The translations under genes and the position numbers were made by a program. Positions 1-12,867 of a stretch of DNA of 64,000 bases are shown here, piece by piece. Under the pieces are notes generated by a model. That model was not told the origin of the DNA. It worked only from the letters and a program-made list of their open reading frames with translations, and made no database searches. Source of the DNA: Squalus acanthias (lineage: Eukaryota); contig CM059440.1 in NCBI GenBank assembly GCA_030390025.1, positions 67,146,001 to 67,210,000 of the forward strand, written 5' to 3'. How positions within the stretch are numbered: the first letter of the stretch is position 1; each line of letters starts with the position of its first letter.

Positions 1-719
1 CTCAAGGGCAACTAGGGATGGGCAATAAATGCTGGCCTTGCCAGCGATGCCCACATCCCATAAACGAATAAAAGAAAAGACTTGGAGCATTGTTCTGCTG
101 CCGTTGCTGCTTCCCTCCCATTTCCCTTGCCCATCAAAAAAACTCCCCCCTTAGCCCAGTACGCACCTTTTTCTCTCAGTTTAGCACTCTCAGCTCTGAG
201 TCAGACACTTGAGCAGTATTTATCCCTCAATCAACAGCACTAAAACAGATTATCTGATCATTTACCTCATTGCTGTTTGTGGGACCTCGCTGTGTACAAA
301 TTGGCTGCCGTGTTTCCTGCATTACTACAGTGACGATACTTCAAAAAGCCAGTGAAATGAATATATTGAGTACTTTATATGTGATTAATACTTTGTAGGT
401 GTGACACTCTGAAGTGAAGAATTTTCCTAGACATGTGCCAAATGCAAGACTTTTAATAATACGGATAGGAAGCTGGGAACTGAGTGCTTCAGAAGCTGGT
501 AGAAAAAAAAGTAACAAAAATACTGATTGATTATTATATGCAAAATGTCGATGATAAGATTAAAGCATTAATTCATCAATTTTTCATGAGTCACTTCCTA
601 TAAATTAAACTTGATTGCAGGCCTTAGGTTTTCATGTTGCGTATTTTACACCATAATTTAAAACAATAATTTTTTCTATAATGTATATCTCCTGTTGTCA
701 GTTTTGCTTGTTGATTTTT

Positions 720-1112
720 TTTTTCGTTTATGGGATCTGGGCGTCGCTGGCAATGCCAGCATTTATTGCCCATCCCTAATTTCCCTTGAGAAGGTGGTGG
801 TGAGCCGCCTTCTTGAACCGCTGCAGTCCTTGTGGTGAAGGTACTCCCACAGTGCTGTTAGGGAGGGAGTTCCAGGATTTTGATCCAGCGACGATGAAGG
901 AACAGCGATATACTTCCAAGTCAGGATGGTGTGTGACTTGGAGGGGAACTTGGAGGCGGTGGTGTTCCCATGCGCCTGCTGCCCTTGTCCTTCTAGGTGG
1001 AAGAGGTCACGGGTTTGGGAGGTGCTGCCGAAGAAGCCTTGGCGAGTTGTTGCAGTTCATCTTGTCACACTGCAGCCACGGTACGCCGGTGCTGGAGGGA
1101 CTGAATGTTTAA
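720..1112 (-). mobile_element. 3' fragment of the same LINE family
   Basis: Reverse complement of ~56920-57280; ORF 813..1112 mirrors ORF 56867..57226. Confidence 0.85.
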
Positions 1113-2451
1113 ACCGCTAATGTTTTAAAACAGTAAGAACTATCAGGCCTCATGATGGTCTTGTGATAAATAAACTCTATACATGCAGAACTATTCCACA
1201 ATCAAGATTAAAGTGGCTGCAATTTAATATTTGTTATCTTTTGCCATACAGTGCAGTACTCTTAATGATGTTATGCAAGAGAGAAAAAAATTGCATTAGT
1301 ATTACTATTTGACAAGGATAGATCTTTAAGCAATATATATGCATTTTAAGGCACCACTTAAACAACCTTTTATGACTGAGAGAACCTATTTGCTGCTCGG
1401 CTTCTGCCAATTGTGTTCTGTAACCAACTGCTAGGAGATGCAAAGGAGTCATGCCAGAGAATGTTCTCTCTGTGATTTCCATCCTCTCCATGATAGGGAT
1501 TAACTTAGCAACTTTCTCTCAAAACATAGAAACTCCAGCCCAAGTTGTAACCTAGGGCGAAGTGAGACGTGTGGGACTGGGGTGTGAGGGTGCCCATGAT
1601 GGCGTCAGCCTGAGGGCCTGGCCATTTTAACTCCCTGGCTTCGTTTACACGCATCGCTGACTCCTGCCCGAAGCTGGCGGGAATGGCTCGATGGCCAGAA
1701 GGTGGGAGTGGGAAATCGCGCAGTTGCAGGCCGCCATTGGGGACCCACGGAAACGGTCCTCGGCAAGGTAAGCGAAGAGTGGGAGGTCTTGGCAGGACCA
1801 AGAACATTGCTTAGCAGAGTGATGGCCACATGTCCTGGTCCTCTGCTCATGCTGATGTTTAGCCGGCCATGAGTAACAGCATGTCAGTGGGCCAAGGAGG
1901 CTTGTCCTTGCATTTTTCCATCCTTCCTACGTATTGGAAAGTACCCGGGTTCTGTTCAGTGCCTCCACCTGACAGCTTGGCTGAGATTAGGGACTTGCTA
2001 TGGCATGAATGATATGATCAATATATATTACCGTCCTACAGTGCAGCAAATTGTAGCATGAAGTTTATGCTGCATCAAACCGGTAGGCCAACATTTTAAG
2101 AATAGGCTCTGTGCCTTTCTTACAAATTATTCAAGAAAGCGCCTTTCCTTGCTCTGAGAGGATGTATAATCAGTACATATTGAATATGAAATGCCACAAG
2201 TTATGGATCACAGTATGAGATAGAATTTCAAATTAGCTTCATGACTCTGAAAAAGACACTAGGTCATTTAGGAGAAATGTCATTGTAATAAAATTCTACT
2301 TTTCTCTTTCTTTATGTGCCATTTTCTGCAGCAGGATGAAAATGGTCTAATATATATGCCAGGCAAAGTTAGGCTACTGGTTTTTATTTAGAGAATGATT
2401 GTATTCTTCCATGACATAATTAACGATATCAACTTTCTAAAACCTGATTTG

Positions 2452-3490
2452 AACGATCGTGTCCGTTCCATTTTCCGCACTTCTGCTCTCACCCCGTCCC
2501 CTCCCTCCCAGAACCACGATAGGGTTCCCCTTGTCCTCACCTTCTACCCCACCAGCCTTCACATTCAACAGATCATCCTCCGCCATTTCCACCAACTCCA
2601 GCGTGATCCCACCACCAAACACATCTTCCCCTCACCTCCCCTTTCAGCATTTTGAAGGGACCGTTCCCTCCGCGACACCCTGGTTCACTCCTCTATCACC
2701 CCCAACAACCCCTCCCCTTCCCACGGCACCTTTCCGTGCAAGCGCAGGAGATGCAACACCTGCCCCTTTACCTCCACCCTTCCCACTGTCCAGGGCCCCA
2801 AACACTCCTTCCAGGTGAAACAGCGATTTACTTGTACTTCTTTCAATTTAGTATACTGTATTCGCTGCTCACGATGCGGTCTCCTCTACATTGAGGAGAC
2901 CAAACGCAGATTGGGTGATCGCTTTGCGGAACACCTCTGTTCAGTCTATAAGGGTGACCCTGAGCTTCTGGTCGCCTGTCACTTTAATTCTCCGCTCTAC
3001 TCCCACTCTGACCTCTCCGTCCTCGGCCTCTTACACTGTTCCAATGAAGCTCAACGGAAGCTTGAGGAACAGCACCTCATCTTTCGATTAGGCACTTTAC
3101 AGCCTTCTGGACTCAACATCGAGTTCAACAATTTCAGACTATAACCTCTGCCCCCATTTTTTCCACATGGCAGCTGTTGATGATTCTGCCGTTCCCATTT
3201 ACACCTCCTCTAGACCCATCTTTTGTTTCTTTACTTGTCCCATTACCATCTCCTTTTGCCTTGCACCATCATCCCTTTTGTCATTTAATCTCTCCTGCCT
3301 TCCACCCTATCACAGACCTTCCCGTTTGTTCTTTCCTCCCCTCCCCCCTTTCCCTGCCTCTGTACTTGCTTAAAACCTGTTACATCTCTAACTTTTTCGG
3401 GTTCTGACGAAATGTCATCGACCTGTTTCTCTCTCCACGGATGCTGCCTGACCTGCTGAGTATTGCCAGCATTTTCTGTTTTTATTTCCA
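2452..3490 (+). mobile_element. Penelope-like element (family B) 3' fragment, degraded
   Basis: RVPLVLTFYP RT C-terminus, in-frame TGA at 2653, GIY-YIG (NLVYCIRCSRCGLLYIEETKRRLGDRFAEH), 3' repeat matching 11230-11420. Confidence 0.88.
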
Positions 3491-4536
3491 AAACTTAATA
3501 TAGTGATGAAATTGCGGTGCACTGTTTAATCCCCATTATACATGCTGACGACTTACTATGCATGAAATTAATATCCTAAATTATTTTGCATGTACCACTC
3601 AAATTCCAATCAATTTTTCTTGAGATTTAACCTGCATTAATGTGTGATTAGAGGGAAACGGTTTTTGAGATTGTTAAATGCAAGATTACTTTAACTATGT
3701 GTATTCTTAACTCTTCCTCTTCTCTGTCCCGGAGTACAGATTAGCTCCTTTGAAAGCACTCTTGGCTCTATGTTAGAAGTCTGAGTACTAAGTGCCAACA
3801 CCAGGACTTGAACCAGGCCAACACTCCAGTGTAGTACTGAAAGTGCTTTATTATCGGAGGTACCTGAAAGCCTGTTCAGATGGATGTTAAAAATCTTTTT
3901 TGGTGTTTAATCACAAGAAATAAAACAGATTAGCTGGTTATTCATTTTATTGCTGTCTGTGCAATTTTATTGCACTGAAAATGGCTGCAGCAGTTGCCTC
4001 CAGTCACTGCAGTTCAAAGTAATTCACAGTGTGTGAAATGCTTTGAGACATTTTTAAGAGATGTGGGGGTAGATTTTCATTTTCACTGCCTGGGCAGTAA
4101 TCTGGTGGAGCGGAGTACCCACCTTTTATAGAATCTGTCCATCAGAGGCGGTGAAGATGAAACTACCCTGTGGGGAGGTACTTTATCATTGCAATACTCT
4201 CTTTTACATATATCAAATTTAACAAAGCAATTTCCTGTTAAAATGCAACAAATTACTCCTCCCAAGCAAATAGCCAAAATGTCTCCTGAAATTCTAACAC
4301 AGAGATATCCTACCCTATGTAATTGCTCTAAAATGCCCTCTATGTCATTTTAGGAGAGACTTAAATTCTACATAGTAGTACTTGCTGGCATGTGGTTTAG
4401 TCAAAGGGAAAGTTTCTCTCATTAAACTGGGGTGGTGGGGGACAGACCCCCTTCACAATAGTTAATAACACCCCCCCCCCCAATCGACCCCACCTGTAGT
4501 GTATTGGCTACAGTTAGGGAATACTGGGGGAAAAGA

Positions 4537-5114
4537 AGAACATAAGAACATAAGAAATAAGAGCAGGAGTCGGCCATACGGCCCCTCGAGCCTGCTCCGC
4601 CATTCAATAAGATCATGGCTGATCATCGACCTCAACTCCACTTTCTCGTCCGATCTCCATATCCCTTGATTCCCCTAGAGTTCAAAAATCTATCTATCTC
4701 AGCCTTGAATATACTCAAAGACTCAGCATTCACAGCCCTCTGGGGCAGAGAATTCCAAAGATTCACAACCCTCTGAGTGAAGAACTTCCTCCTCATCTCG
4801 ATCTTAAATGGCCTACCCCTTATCCTGAGACTATGCCCCCTTGTTCTAGACACTTCAGCCAGGGGAAACAACCTCTCAGCATCTACCCTATCAATCCCTT
4901 TCAGAATCTTGTATGTTTCAATGAGATCACCTCTCATTCTTCTAAACTCCAGAGAGTATAGGCCCATTCTACACAATCTCTCATCATAGGACAGCCCTCT
5001 CATCCCAGAAATCAATCTAGTGAACCTTCGTTGCACCACCTCCAAGGCAAGTATATCCTTCCTTAGATAAGGAGACCAAAACTGTGCACAGTACTCCAGG
5101 TGTGGTCTCACCAA
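4537..5114 (-). mobile_element. CR1 3' fragment
   Basis: VRPHLEYCAQFWSPYL ORF plus tail aagaacataagaacataag. Confidence 0.92.
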
Positions 5115-6019
5115 GTGACCAACTGTTAATGCATAAAGCTTAAAGTTGTCTTCTTTTATACAGCAGTAAAAGAGTGAATCCCTTTATGAAAAGCTCTTTC
5201 CATGTTTGTCATTCTGTTGAGGGAACAACCTGCAGCAGCTGTGCCCAGGTATTTGGTCACTCAGACACCATGCAGAGGAACCTGGAGATAATTAATTAGA
5301 TAACACTGTGACAAAGAGTATGCAAAGAGTATGGGCTGGTCCCACTGGGGCACAGTACACCTGCCCATATGTGGGCGGGCACATGATCAGGCCAACAAGA
5401 GAAGAGGGGCCTGTGCACTGGTCCCATCATGGTAAGGTATGATTTTTAGCTAATTATTTTTAAAGGCTGTTTCTTCCTGCTGCTGTGGCAGGCCCCGAGC
5501 CCCAATCAAGGGTAGGGAGGGAGGGGGTTGCAGAAAGCCTAGGCTATTCATTACACCAGTTCCATAGAGAATTAAATGACCAATTAATGCTACCATTTGT
5601 AGCTAAAATAATATTATTATTAAAAGCCTAGAATGTAGAGAAGTTGTTACTTTTTGCAGCCCCTGTTTGTTGAGTACATATAAGAAAACTGATTCTATGA
5701 TGTTACAAATGAAAAATGCAAATTAAATACATATAAAGGTAAATTTAAAATAGATATTAAAAGAACTTAAGTGATAAATTTTCAGCCAGGTAGTTGGGAA
5801 AAAACATTGGGCCGGATTTTGCTCGCCGTTTATTGCACTTACTCTTGCCCACAGACGTTCTGTGAGCTTTTGCACTGCGACTTGTGGTTATTAGAGAGTC
5901 AAAACAGCGCAGCGCCCTCTACAGGAGATCAGCGACCTGTGTGAGCAGGTCAAGCAACTGTGTGCCTCCTTAACCAATCAGATTGAAGAATCCTTACTGA
6001 GCCATGCAGAGTCTAAACC

Positions 6020-6207
6020 CTGACGGATTGTATCTCTGCAGACACATTGTTCTCTGTCTATATATGCTTTGTAACTGATTTGTATTCCCTCACTTTACCT
6101 GACGAAGGAGCAGCGCTCCGAAAGCTCGTAATTTCAAATAAAACTGTTGGACTATAACCTGGTGTTGTGCGACTTCTCATTTTTGTCCACACCAGTCCAA
6201 CATCATG
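6020..6207 (+). mobile_element. Solo Penelope family A pLTR (non-coding, ribozyme-bearing) inside a MITE
   Basis: Matches 28196-28387; TSD GAGTCTAAACC at 6009-6019 and 6208-6218. Confidence 0.9.
6095..6131 (+). ncRNA. Minimal type I hammerhead ribozyme motif (family A)
   Basis: ttac-CTGACGA-a-ggagc(agc)gctcc-GAAA-gc-TC-gtaa: stem I, core, stem II, AGCT palindrome in place of stem III. Confidence 0.8.
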
Positions 6208-7044
6208 GAGTCTAAACCAGGAAGTATAAATTAGAATATTTAATTCAATGCCAAATCATGTACAGAAAGCGAAATAAAGAAAGAGAAAGAAAGATGGGAT
6301 TAAGAAAGAGATAAAAGAGACAGAAAGAAAAAGTAAAAAAAAATGTTTTTTAATTTTTTAATTTTTAAAAAATCTTGAACAATAATTAAAATCTGAAGGA
6401 ATGAGACACCACACTTAAAAAAGTTAATTTTCAGTGCCAGAGAAGCTGTTTGGCAGTAATTAAGACTTATCACACCGTTAAAAATTCACTTACATTTGAA
6501 TGGACAAGCCCTAACTTTTTCTGGCGTGTTTAGTGGGTATCTAGTGGGTAAGTACCGCAAATTCATGCCCTTCCATGTACGTGAATGCCGAGTCTTTCGG
6601 CGAGGTACCGGTGTAGCGAAGCTTCTGGAGGAACAGGGCAACTTGGACAGCAACATCCTGATATCCGCGTTTAACTGCACCTGTGTGTAGTCATCGGAAG
6701 TTGCTGTCGGATTAACTTCTTAATAAGTTAGCACTGATAGCCTCACCGTTATTTCTACCGCAAAATCCAGCCCATATGGTTGTTCAAGATGCAGTTGGAT
6801 GATCTAATAGGAGAGTTAGGGTATCAGACTGATGAGCTTCAATGGGCTGAATGGTTTTTTCTCGTCCCCAACTTTTTTTTAATGTTCTTAAGTGTCATCT
6901 AGGAATTCCTAATTTAATTCCAATAAAGAAATATAGATATAGGAACCTAGGTGAAACGGTGTGTTTGAACACCATCTTATAATTTGCTGGACCTGGATTT
7001 GAATTCAGTCCTAATACAGAAAGAAATAACTTTGCCTTATTACA

Positions 7045-7445
7045 GCCCAATGCAGTTTACAATCAATAGATTATTTTTTTGAAATGCAGTCACTGTTGTA
7101 ATGTAGGCAAACTTGGCAGGCAATTTGCACCCAGCAAAGTCCCACCAACAGCAAATGAATAACCAGATAATTTGTTTTTCGGGGGTGTTGGTTGAGTAAG
7201 GCATGTTGGTGAGGGCCAGGAGAAGTCCCTGCTTTTTAAATTGCGCCATGGGATCTATTATATCCATCTGAGCAGATAGAGAGGGTTTCAGTTTAATGTC
7301 TCATCTGAAAGATAGCACTCCGACAGTGCAGCATTCTCTCAGTATTGTACTGAACAGTTGAGTTTAGTTTATGTGCTCCAGTGGGGCAAGAGCCTCAGAA
7401 GTGTCTCAGAAGTGAAAGTGCTACCAACTGAGCCAAGCTGACACA
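7045..7445 (-). mobile_element. tRNA-derived SINE (related fragments at ~170-350, 3740-4050, 8800-9045, 50090-50320)
   Basis: Shared body (aacagattatctggtcatt..gggagcttgctgtgcgcaaattggctgc..cattacaacagtgact) among the copies. Confidence 0.65.
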
Positions 7446-7720
7446 GGATGGAAGGTATCCATCCTTGTTTTATAAATTTGTCCAATTTCTTTCCTCTTTT
7501 ACTTTCCTCCTCCTTTGCTGAAGGTGACTCAAGTTAGGCTGCAATTGGCGACCCTCTACAATCTTGCCAAGAGGCCATTCTTCACATCTGAGCCTAGAAA
7601 TTCTAAAGGAGCCTGACTCAGTCTTCATGCGACATCCACATATGAGCGCTACTAGCAAGTGCCCCTGGGTATGATGAGGAAAGAAACCTTGGTTGATTAT
7701 CCTCTTGCAAGCCTCGGATA

Positions 7721-7744
7721 CCCTAACCCTAACCTTAACCCTAA
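7721..7744 (+). repeat. Short telomere-like (CCCTAA)4
   Basis: ccctaa ccctaa ccttaa ccctaa. Confidence 0.7.
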
Positions 7745-9339
7745 TGGGTGCCACCCTGCATAACTTTTCTGGTGCAGTAGGGCAGATATATAAAGAACAA
7801 CTAGAGCTCACGGTGCCAACACAAGTTCCACCCATGCTCAGTACAAACGAGGCATAATGTTAAAGCTCAGCGATCTTTTTGTTATATCACTAATACCCCA
7901 GCAGGTAAGATAATGGCATGAAGTTGTTTACCCTTGCAGAATCTAAAAAAAAATCCTGAGGTCCTGAAAAAAAAACAACTTAGAAAATTTGGTTTGATTT
8001 TGGAGATGCACAATGTTTAAAAAAAATGTATGGATTGGTCATGTCTGTCAGAAAACTCAGTGAAAGATATAGCGGATGAGATTTAAGGTAGATTTTGATG
8101 AAAATTCTTCTCTAGTACCAAAAGCAATGCATTTCTAATAAAACAGCAATATATCTCTTTTCCCACTTGCCTCCTTTCCTTTATTAGCAAGGAGTTTAGT
8201 GCATTTTTATTGACTAAATGCATAGGAGGATATAAAAAACAGCAAAATTAGGATAATCTTACTGTGAATTGAAATTGTAGCATGATAAACAATAAAATAG
8301 CAAAGAATGCATAGTTATATAGCAATGATGCAGAGGAATGGGCCAGATGGATAACATTGCCTGGTATTACTTATTTATTTGAACTGATTAAATTCTAGAT
8401 AAATCATTTTGTGTTTTAAAGGGGCATTGTCTCCTCAGCAAAGTACCGAGCAAGACATTTTCTAATGCTTAGTCACACAATGCATTATCAAGAGGGTGGA
8501 TCTTCTGAGGGGCTAGAGAACCCAGTGAAGTATTGGCGCAGTGAAAGCAACGCTCGCTGGTATTCCTCAGATTTGTTGCCTCAATATTTCATGGGGTCAG
8601 CCCTCATTATTTATTTATTCACCGAGCTGCCCACCCATTCTGGACCAGGCGCACGACAAGGGAGGTAGGTGAAAAATGGTGCAACTGACAGTCTTTAATG
8701 GACTGCTGGGAAAACTAAAGGGATGTGGGTCACATTGATGCTGAAAGAATGTAGGGGGCCAATTTCCTTGGTGCTCCTCCTGCTCCACTGCCATAACTTC
8801 AGCGAAAATCTTTTTGCAGGGAGTTTCTCCTGGTATCCTGGCCAACATTTATCTCTCAAACAACAGTACCAAAAACAGATTATCTGGTCATTTATCTCAT
8901 GGCTGTTTGTGGGAGCTTGCTGTGCGCAAGTTGGCTGCTGTGTTTTCCTACATTACAACAGTGATTACACTTCAAAATACTTTATTAGCTGTGAAGTGCT
9001 TGGATTGTCCTGAGTTTATGGAAGGTGCTATATAATGCAAGCTCTTTGTTTGTTTGTTATATAGGGGGAAAAATTGAGTCGCACCCCCTTTGGGGCGCTA
9101 ACTTTGCCGGGGCGCTACTTTTACTGCCCCAAAAAAATTAGTGCCCCCGCGGCTGAAATTCATTGGTAGCGCCCCAAGAGGGAAGCAGGGTGCCACTGGA
9201 AGCGCCCCGCCTCCCTCTTGGGGCGCTGCGAGGGAATATTGTGGTGCGACATGCCGCATCGCGCCACGGTATTGCAGGCCTTCCTCCCCTTCTTAAAGTC
9301 GCACAACACCAGGTTATAGTCCAACAGTTTTATTTGAAA

Positions 9340-9376
9340 TTACGAGCTTTCGGAGCGCTGCTCCTTCGTCAGGTAA
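9340..9376 (-). ncRNA. Minimal hammerhead ribozyme motif (family A)
   Basis: Reverse complement of the 6095-6131 motif. Confidence 0.8.
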
Positions 9377-9987
9377 AGTGAGGGACTACAAATCAGATAC
9401 AAAGCAAATCAGATACAACGTTGTCTACCTCATACGTTGCAGGAAAGAATGCACCGCAGCATGGTACATCGGCGAGACCATGCAGACACTGAGACAACGT
9501 ATGAACGGACACCGCGCAACAATCGCCAGGCAGGATTGTTACCTCCCAGTCGGGGAACACTTCAGCAGTCAAGGACATTCAGCCTCGGATCTGTGGGTTA
9601 GCGTTCTCCAAGGCGGCCTTCGAGACACATGACAACGCAAAATCATCGAGCAGAAACTGATAGCCAAGTTCCGCACCCATGAGGACGGCCTCAACCGTGA
9701 TCTCGGTTTCATGTCACGCTACAGGACATGACTAGAGTCCAGACTAGAGTCCAGACTAGAGTCGTCGTTGTCTTGTTCACAGATGTGATTTCCAGTTTTA
9801 AAAAAAAGTAAAAAGCTTAACTGCAGACTGCAGCATTTGACACGTTGGACCCCCTGTGACCCCACCTCATTGTCTTAGCTGTACTCTGCTGTGTCTTTGA
9901 TGTAATGCCTCCCTGACGGATTGTATCTCTGCAGACAGATTGTTCTCTGTCTATATATGCTTTGTATCTGATTTGTATTCCCTCACT

Positions 9988-10024
9988 TCACCTGACGAAG
10001 GAGCAGCGCTCCGAAAGCTCGTAA
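9988..10024 (+). ncRNA. Minimal hammerhead ribozyme motif (family A)
   Basis: tcac-CTGACGA-aggagcagcgctcc-GAAA-gcTC-gtaa; one stem I mismatch. Confidence 0.72.
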
Positions 10025-11218
10025 TTTCAAATAAAACTGTTGGACTATAACCTGGTGTTGTGCGACTTCTCATTTTTGTCCACCCCAGTCCAACACCGGC
10101 ATCTCCGCATCATGGCCCTTCTTAAAGGGGAGGGGCCTTGCGCAGAGCGACCCGGGGCCCAGCTGGACCACCGGGATCGGAGTGCAGGCAAAAGAGCCTG
10201 GCACTCGAGAAGTGCCGGGCTCATGGAGCACAGCCGGCACTCCCCGGGGGGGGGTGCTCAGGAGGCCGGGGACGGCAACGGAGGCAGGTGCTGGCAGGCG
10301 GCCAGCAACAAAAATGGCCGCCCGGCACCTCGCCTTTAATTAGCGCCGTCCCGGCCGCAGGTAGGCCCCCCTGACCCCGTCGGACATAGCGTCCGGCGGT
10401 AAGTCAGGAGGCGCTACCGAAGATCGCGGCCGGGGCACGAGCTGGGCGCTGTGCACGGCGATGACATCATCGGCGGCGCAGCGCTGCGGGGCGCTAACGG
10501 TTACTGCCGCCGCTAACCTCCCGCTGAATTTCGCGGGAGGTGTTGGCGGCGCCGCGCCCGGGCGCTAGTTGCTTTGCGTCCTTTTAGCGCCCTAAGAGGG
10601 CGCTAAGGGGAGGCGCAAAGCAACTGAATTTCTCCCCCAAAGTTTCCTAAATGGAACAATTAGACCAATTTGTAGCTTATTCTGGGAAGTTATTACTCTA
10701 CTTTTCCCAAACAGTATATTGAACACTTATTGTATATCATTTGTAATATTCCATCTCGTTAAATGTATCTTTTTTCTAAGCCATTATATTATCATGCTAG
10801 AAATGATTGCAATGACACATAATTAGACATTGCCCTTTCACAGGAGAGCATTCCGCAGTGATATACGGTTCAGATAAGGTTTTGTTGTGTTAAGCACCTC
10901 AGTGCTCATTGTAATCATTGTCTGCTTTAGAAAGTATTAAACTAGAATTCAAATTAAGTACAGCTAAGCTTACCCATTGTGGAAGCAATTTGCATTTTAC
11001 TAAAGTTCCTTCTAGAAGAAGAGGATGAATTCTGAAAAGCTGTCGGATTATCTAGTTATAGACTTTGAGATAGGATAATAACACCGGTAATGTTTATGCA
11101 CATTGCGTGATGTTTACTTAATTGGTATGATTAAATAAATGGAATGTTTGCTTGGCCATAAAGCCATTAGAAGCTGCATAATGTACTACCTTTATTTCCA
11201 ATTTCAAATTGATGCAAA

Positions 11219-11420
11219 TTGATCCTAGCACAGACCGTCCCTTTAGTTCCTTCCTCCCCTCTCCCCCCACCTTTCCCTGCCTCTGCACCTACTTAAAACC
11301 TGTTACTTCTCTAACTTTTTCCAGTTCTGACGAAGGGTCACAGACCTGAAACGTTAACTCTGTTTCTCTCTCCCCGGATGCTGCCTGGCCTGCTGAGTGT
11401 TTCCAGCATTTTCTGTTGTT
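11219..11420 (+). mobile_element. Solo Penelope family B pLTR
   Basis: Homologous to 3310-3490; flanked by 18-bp direct repeat ATTTCAAATTGATGCAAA (11201-11218, 11421-11438). Confidence 0.85.
11323..11359 (+). ncRNA. Minimal hammerhead ribozyme motif (family B)
   Basis: agtt-CTGACGA-a-gggtc(aca)gacct-GAAA-cg-TT-aact; perfect stem I, ACGT palindrome. Confidence 0.8.
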
Positions 11421-12240
11421 ATTTCAAATTGATGCAAAGCTGTTTCAGATATGCATTGATGGAAAACTGGTAATATGTCAGGAGTTTGACCATGAGCTGC
11501 ACTAAACAACAACTTACACTTAATATAGTGACTGTAACAGTATAAAACCCCAAGGGGTGTTGTGGTGATGGTGGGAGATGGGGGGTAGGTAGGGGCTCCG
11601 GTATTAAGCAGGAGATGGGGGGGAGGTGACAGATTGGCCTTGAGGAAGCTTTTGAGTGAAATTTGGACAAGCTGACAGTGTTTACGCACGAGGATCTCCA
11701 GGAGGGAGTCTCACTTCACTTGGGTTACATGCTCAGTGCAGTTGGTGCAAAACTGCATTTTAGAGATTGTCTTGGGACCACTGGAGAACTTTTAAAACTC
11801 AATTTTGAGTGTTTCTAATTTTAGCAGAGGGCCAAAAGTCCCAAGGACTCTCTGCCAACATTAAAAATCCAATCGAGATTCGGAAGTCAGTGAGTGAAGT
11901 ACGCATGTGCAGGTCTGCCCAGTCCACACTGTGCGACCCAGGTACCTGCAGTATAATTGATCTTTTATAGACGGGAAGAACAAAGTACAAGCAATGAAAA
12001 AGCTCCGGTTAACAGAGCAAGTGGAAACTTCAATGAATGCAATACAGTGGTGTCAGCCTTCATTCAGTGGTAACACACTCGCCTCTGAGTCAGAAGGTGG
12101 TGTGATCAAGACCCACTCCAGAGATGTGAGCAAATAATCTAGGCTGACACGCCAGTAAAGTACGGAGGGAGTGCTGCACTGTTGGTGGTACTATCTTTTG
12201 GATGAGACATTGAACCAAGGCACTGTCTGTCCTCTCAGAT

Positions 12241-12605
12241 TAGGGTTGCCAACTCTGGTTGAATATATTCCTGGAGGTTCATCACATGACCTCCTGCCTC
12301 CAACTGGCCCACCCCCAAGCCCCCACCATTGGTCGTTCAACACATCCATCCCCACGGCGCCCCGTCTTCCCACGGCCAATTGGAAAGTGAAAAGACTCCG
12401 ATTGGATGATTCTTGACTGTCAGCCAAACAGCCTTTTTTCCCATCTCCAATATATTTATAACTAATAAAAGAAAATTGAAAAAAAACACACAATTCTTTT
12501 TAATGCCCTCTGATTTTTCTCCTGGGTTGTGCTGCAGCCGTATCCTAAAGATTAATCTTCAATTCCTGGAGACTCCAGGCCAATCCTAGAGGGTTGGCAA
12601 CCCTA
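12241..12605. mobile_element. hAT-like MITE
   Basis: 13-bp TIR TAGGGTTGCCAAC / GTTGGCAACCCTA; no clear TSD. Confidence 0.7.
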
Positions 12606-12867
12606 TATTATATCTCTTTAGTTTTCCACCTTATCTCTGTAATCTCCTCCAGCCCTTTAATCCCCCATTACCTCCGCACTCCGCCTATTCTGGCCTTTTG
12701 AACATCCCTGACTTTAATTGCTCCACCATTGGTGCTCGTACCTTCAGCTGCCCAGATCCTAAGCTCTGGAATTCCCTCCCTAAATCTCCCTGCCTTTCCA
12801 CTTCTCTTTCCTCCATTAAGACACTCCTTAAAATCTACCTCTTCGACCAAGCTTTTGGTCATCTGCC

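Larger units (their letters stand above)
5808..6774. mobile_element. Harbinger-type MITE (relatives at 19394-20152 and a partial at ~17135-17613)
   Basis: TIR tgggccggattttgc / gcaaaatccagccca; shared purine/pyrimidine-skewed core. Confidence 0.75.
9299..10115 (+). mobile_element. Short Penelope family A insertion (inverted pLTR + GIY-YIG fragment + pLTR) inside a MITE
   Basis: NVVYLIRCRKECTAAWYIGET fragment; TSD CCCTTCTTAAAG at 9287-9298 and 10116-10127. Confidence 0.92.
9064..10638. mobile_element. GC-rich MITE with GGCGCT subterminal motifs
   Basis: TIR gggggaaaaatt / aatttctccccc; relatives at 22695-23583, 29167-29764 and a partial at 33771-34100. Confidence 0.8.

Noticed and set aside
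1234-1520. Minus-strand frame EKVAKLIPIMERMEITERTFSGMTPLHLLAVGYRTQLAEAEQQ, with an ankyrin-like TPLHL
   Set aside because: Weak splice signals, no partner exons, and the rest does not fit an ankyrin repeat; needs blastx/RNA-seq.
2335-2362. Possible micro-exon DENGLIYMP (EF-hand-loop-like) after a good polypyrimidine tract
   Set aside because: Needs a weak GC donor, and I could not chain it with other candidate micro-exons (~431, 8422, 10844, 31568, 33642) into a recognisable protein.
7721-7744. Interstitial telomere or chromosome fusion site
   Set aside because: Only four units, with no head-to-head inversion.
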